From Neoconidiobolus thromboides FSU 785 (taxonomy: Eukaryota; Fungi; Entomophthoromycota): a stretch of DNA of 43,767 nucleotides. Shown here in pieces: positions 42,913-43,767 of this stretch (position 1 is its first letter; each line of letters starts with the position of its first letter). The stretch is from assembly GCA_025603075.1 (NCBI GenBank), contig MU626422.1, forward strand, positions 1 to 43,767, written 5' to 3'. The notes beneath the pieces are model-generated. The model was not told the origin of the DNA and did no database searches. It was given only the letters and a program-made list of their open reading frames with translations. The position numbers and the translations under genes were made by a program.

Positions 42913-42985
42913 TGGAGAACCCGGGCATCGATCCCGGTGCCTCTCGCATGCTAAGCGAGCGCTCTACCATCTGAGCTAGTTCCCC
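42913..42985 (-). tRNA. tRNA-Ala: tRNA-Ala(AGC), identical to 38074-38146
   Basis: Exact reverse complement over 73 nt; also shares the upstream 11 nt ATCGATAAGAT. Confidence 0.97.
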
Positions 42986-43668
42986 ATCTTATCGATTTAC
43001 TGATATTATTACTCAAAATTTATTAATATACCTCAAATAGTTAATACTTGCCCCTTAGGTATTTTGAATTAGATTAGAACTTATAGTATTTATTATAAAT
43101 TAGTGGTTAAAAAAAGTAAAAGGAAAAAGGCCAAGATTTCTGCAAAAGGAATGTATTTGAAGAATGAACTATTTGAGTAATGAAAAGTTGAAAGTCAATA
43201 TAAATTTAATAGGCAATTAAAAAACTAATGCTTTTTATATCAAACTAAGAAAGTAAGTTTATTAATAATAAACATTTTGCAAAGAACAATAAAAAACTTC
43301 AAGGTTTTTAAGATGGTGGTGGGGGATTTAAAACTCCTTGTAATATGGCAAGCTGTAATAAAAACAAAAACAACACTGATAATAATGAAAAATAACGATA
43401 ATGAAAAATTAGATCAAAAACAAATGAAAATAAAGTTTTAAGTTTAAAAAATATTTAAAATCAATAGCTGAAAAAGTTATAACAAAAGTAGCAGGAAATA
43501 GGCTCAGTATCCTAGGTATTTAAACTAGCAGAATATTAAAAGGTTAGAAAATTTTTAAACAATGATTTTTGATAAAAAATAACTTTAATAAATAAATCGA
43601 TTTAATTTATATTTAATATATATATATAAATCCTTTATTAAAAAGAAATTGAAATTTAATCTAAAGAT

Positions 43669-43766
43669 GGGGGTGTTTTTTTGACTTCATTACTTTTTCT
43701 ATCTTTTAAGCGCTATTTGAGTGGAAAAATTATCAGTAAAATTCTTAAACACAAAAATACGTCCCC
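43669..43766 (-). mobile_element. MITE copy 14
   Basis: GGGGGTGTTTTTTTGAC...AAAATACGTCCCC; left flank AGAT; right flank cut by the window edge. Confidence 0.9.
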
Positions 43767-43767
43767 A

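Noticed and set aside
43290-43560. Hydrophobic broken frames near the right edge
   Set aside because: Interrupted by stops; the hydrophobicity is explained by base composition.
1695-43766. MITE copies as a CRISPR array or as Tc1/mariner (TA) elements
   Set aside because: Copies are dispersed without regular spacers in a eukaryotic context, and non-TA 4-bp duplications exclude a TA target.

Overview
Very AT-rich eukaryotic DNA with short GT-AG introns and CTRAY-type branch points. It is most consistent with an early-diverging fungus (Entomophthoromycota/Conidiobolus-like; inference). Conserved genes: phytochelatin synthase (4 exons, reconstructed), MIC60/mitofilin (3 exons, reconstructed), an AVT-type amino-acid transporter, a stand-alone SRA1/Sec31-C domain protein, two signal-peptide/kelch/TM paralogs and two identical tRNA-Ala(AGC) genes. 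Main discoveries: (1) Six dispersed, intronless 583-600 aa paralogs resemble Zn2Cys6 transcription factors that keep the dimerisation-like helix and middle homology region but have no zinc-cluster DNA-binding domain. (2) A family of 14 MITEs of ~97 bp has GGGG...CCCC ends and variable 4-bp target duplications, supported by an empty-site paralog in the window. (3) A fossil Sola-like DDD transposase appears once a MITE is removed from it, and the fossil element's right end resembles the MITE right end. (4) A secreted 8-Cys peptide gene is hidden behind an in-frame TAG. (5) A kinase lacks the DFG motif. (6) A fold-back element carries a nested MITE and a possible excision footprint. All family assignments come from motif recognition by eye; no database searches were run.
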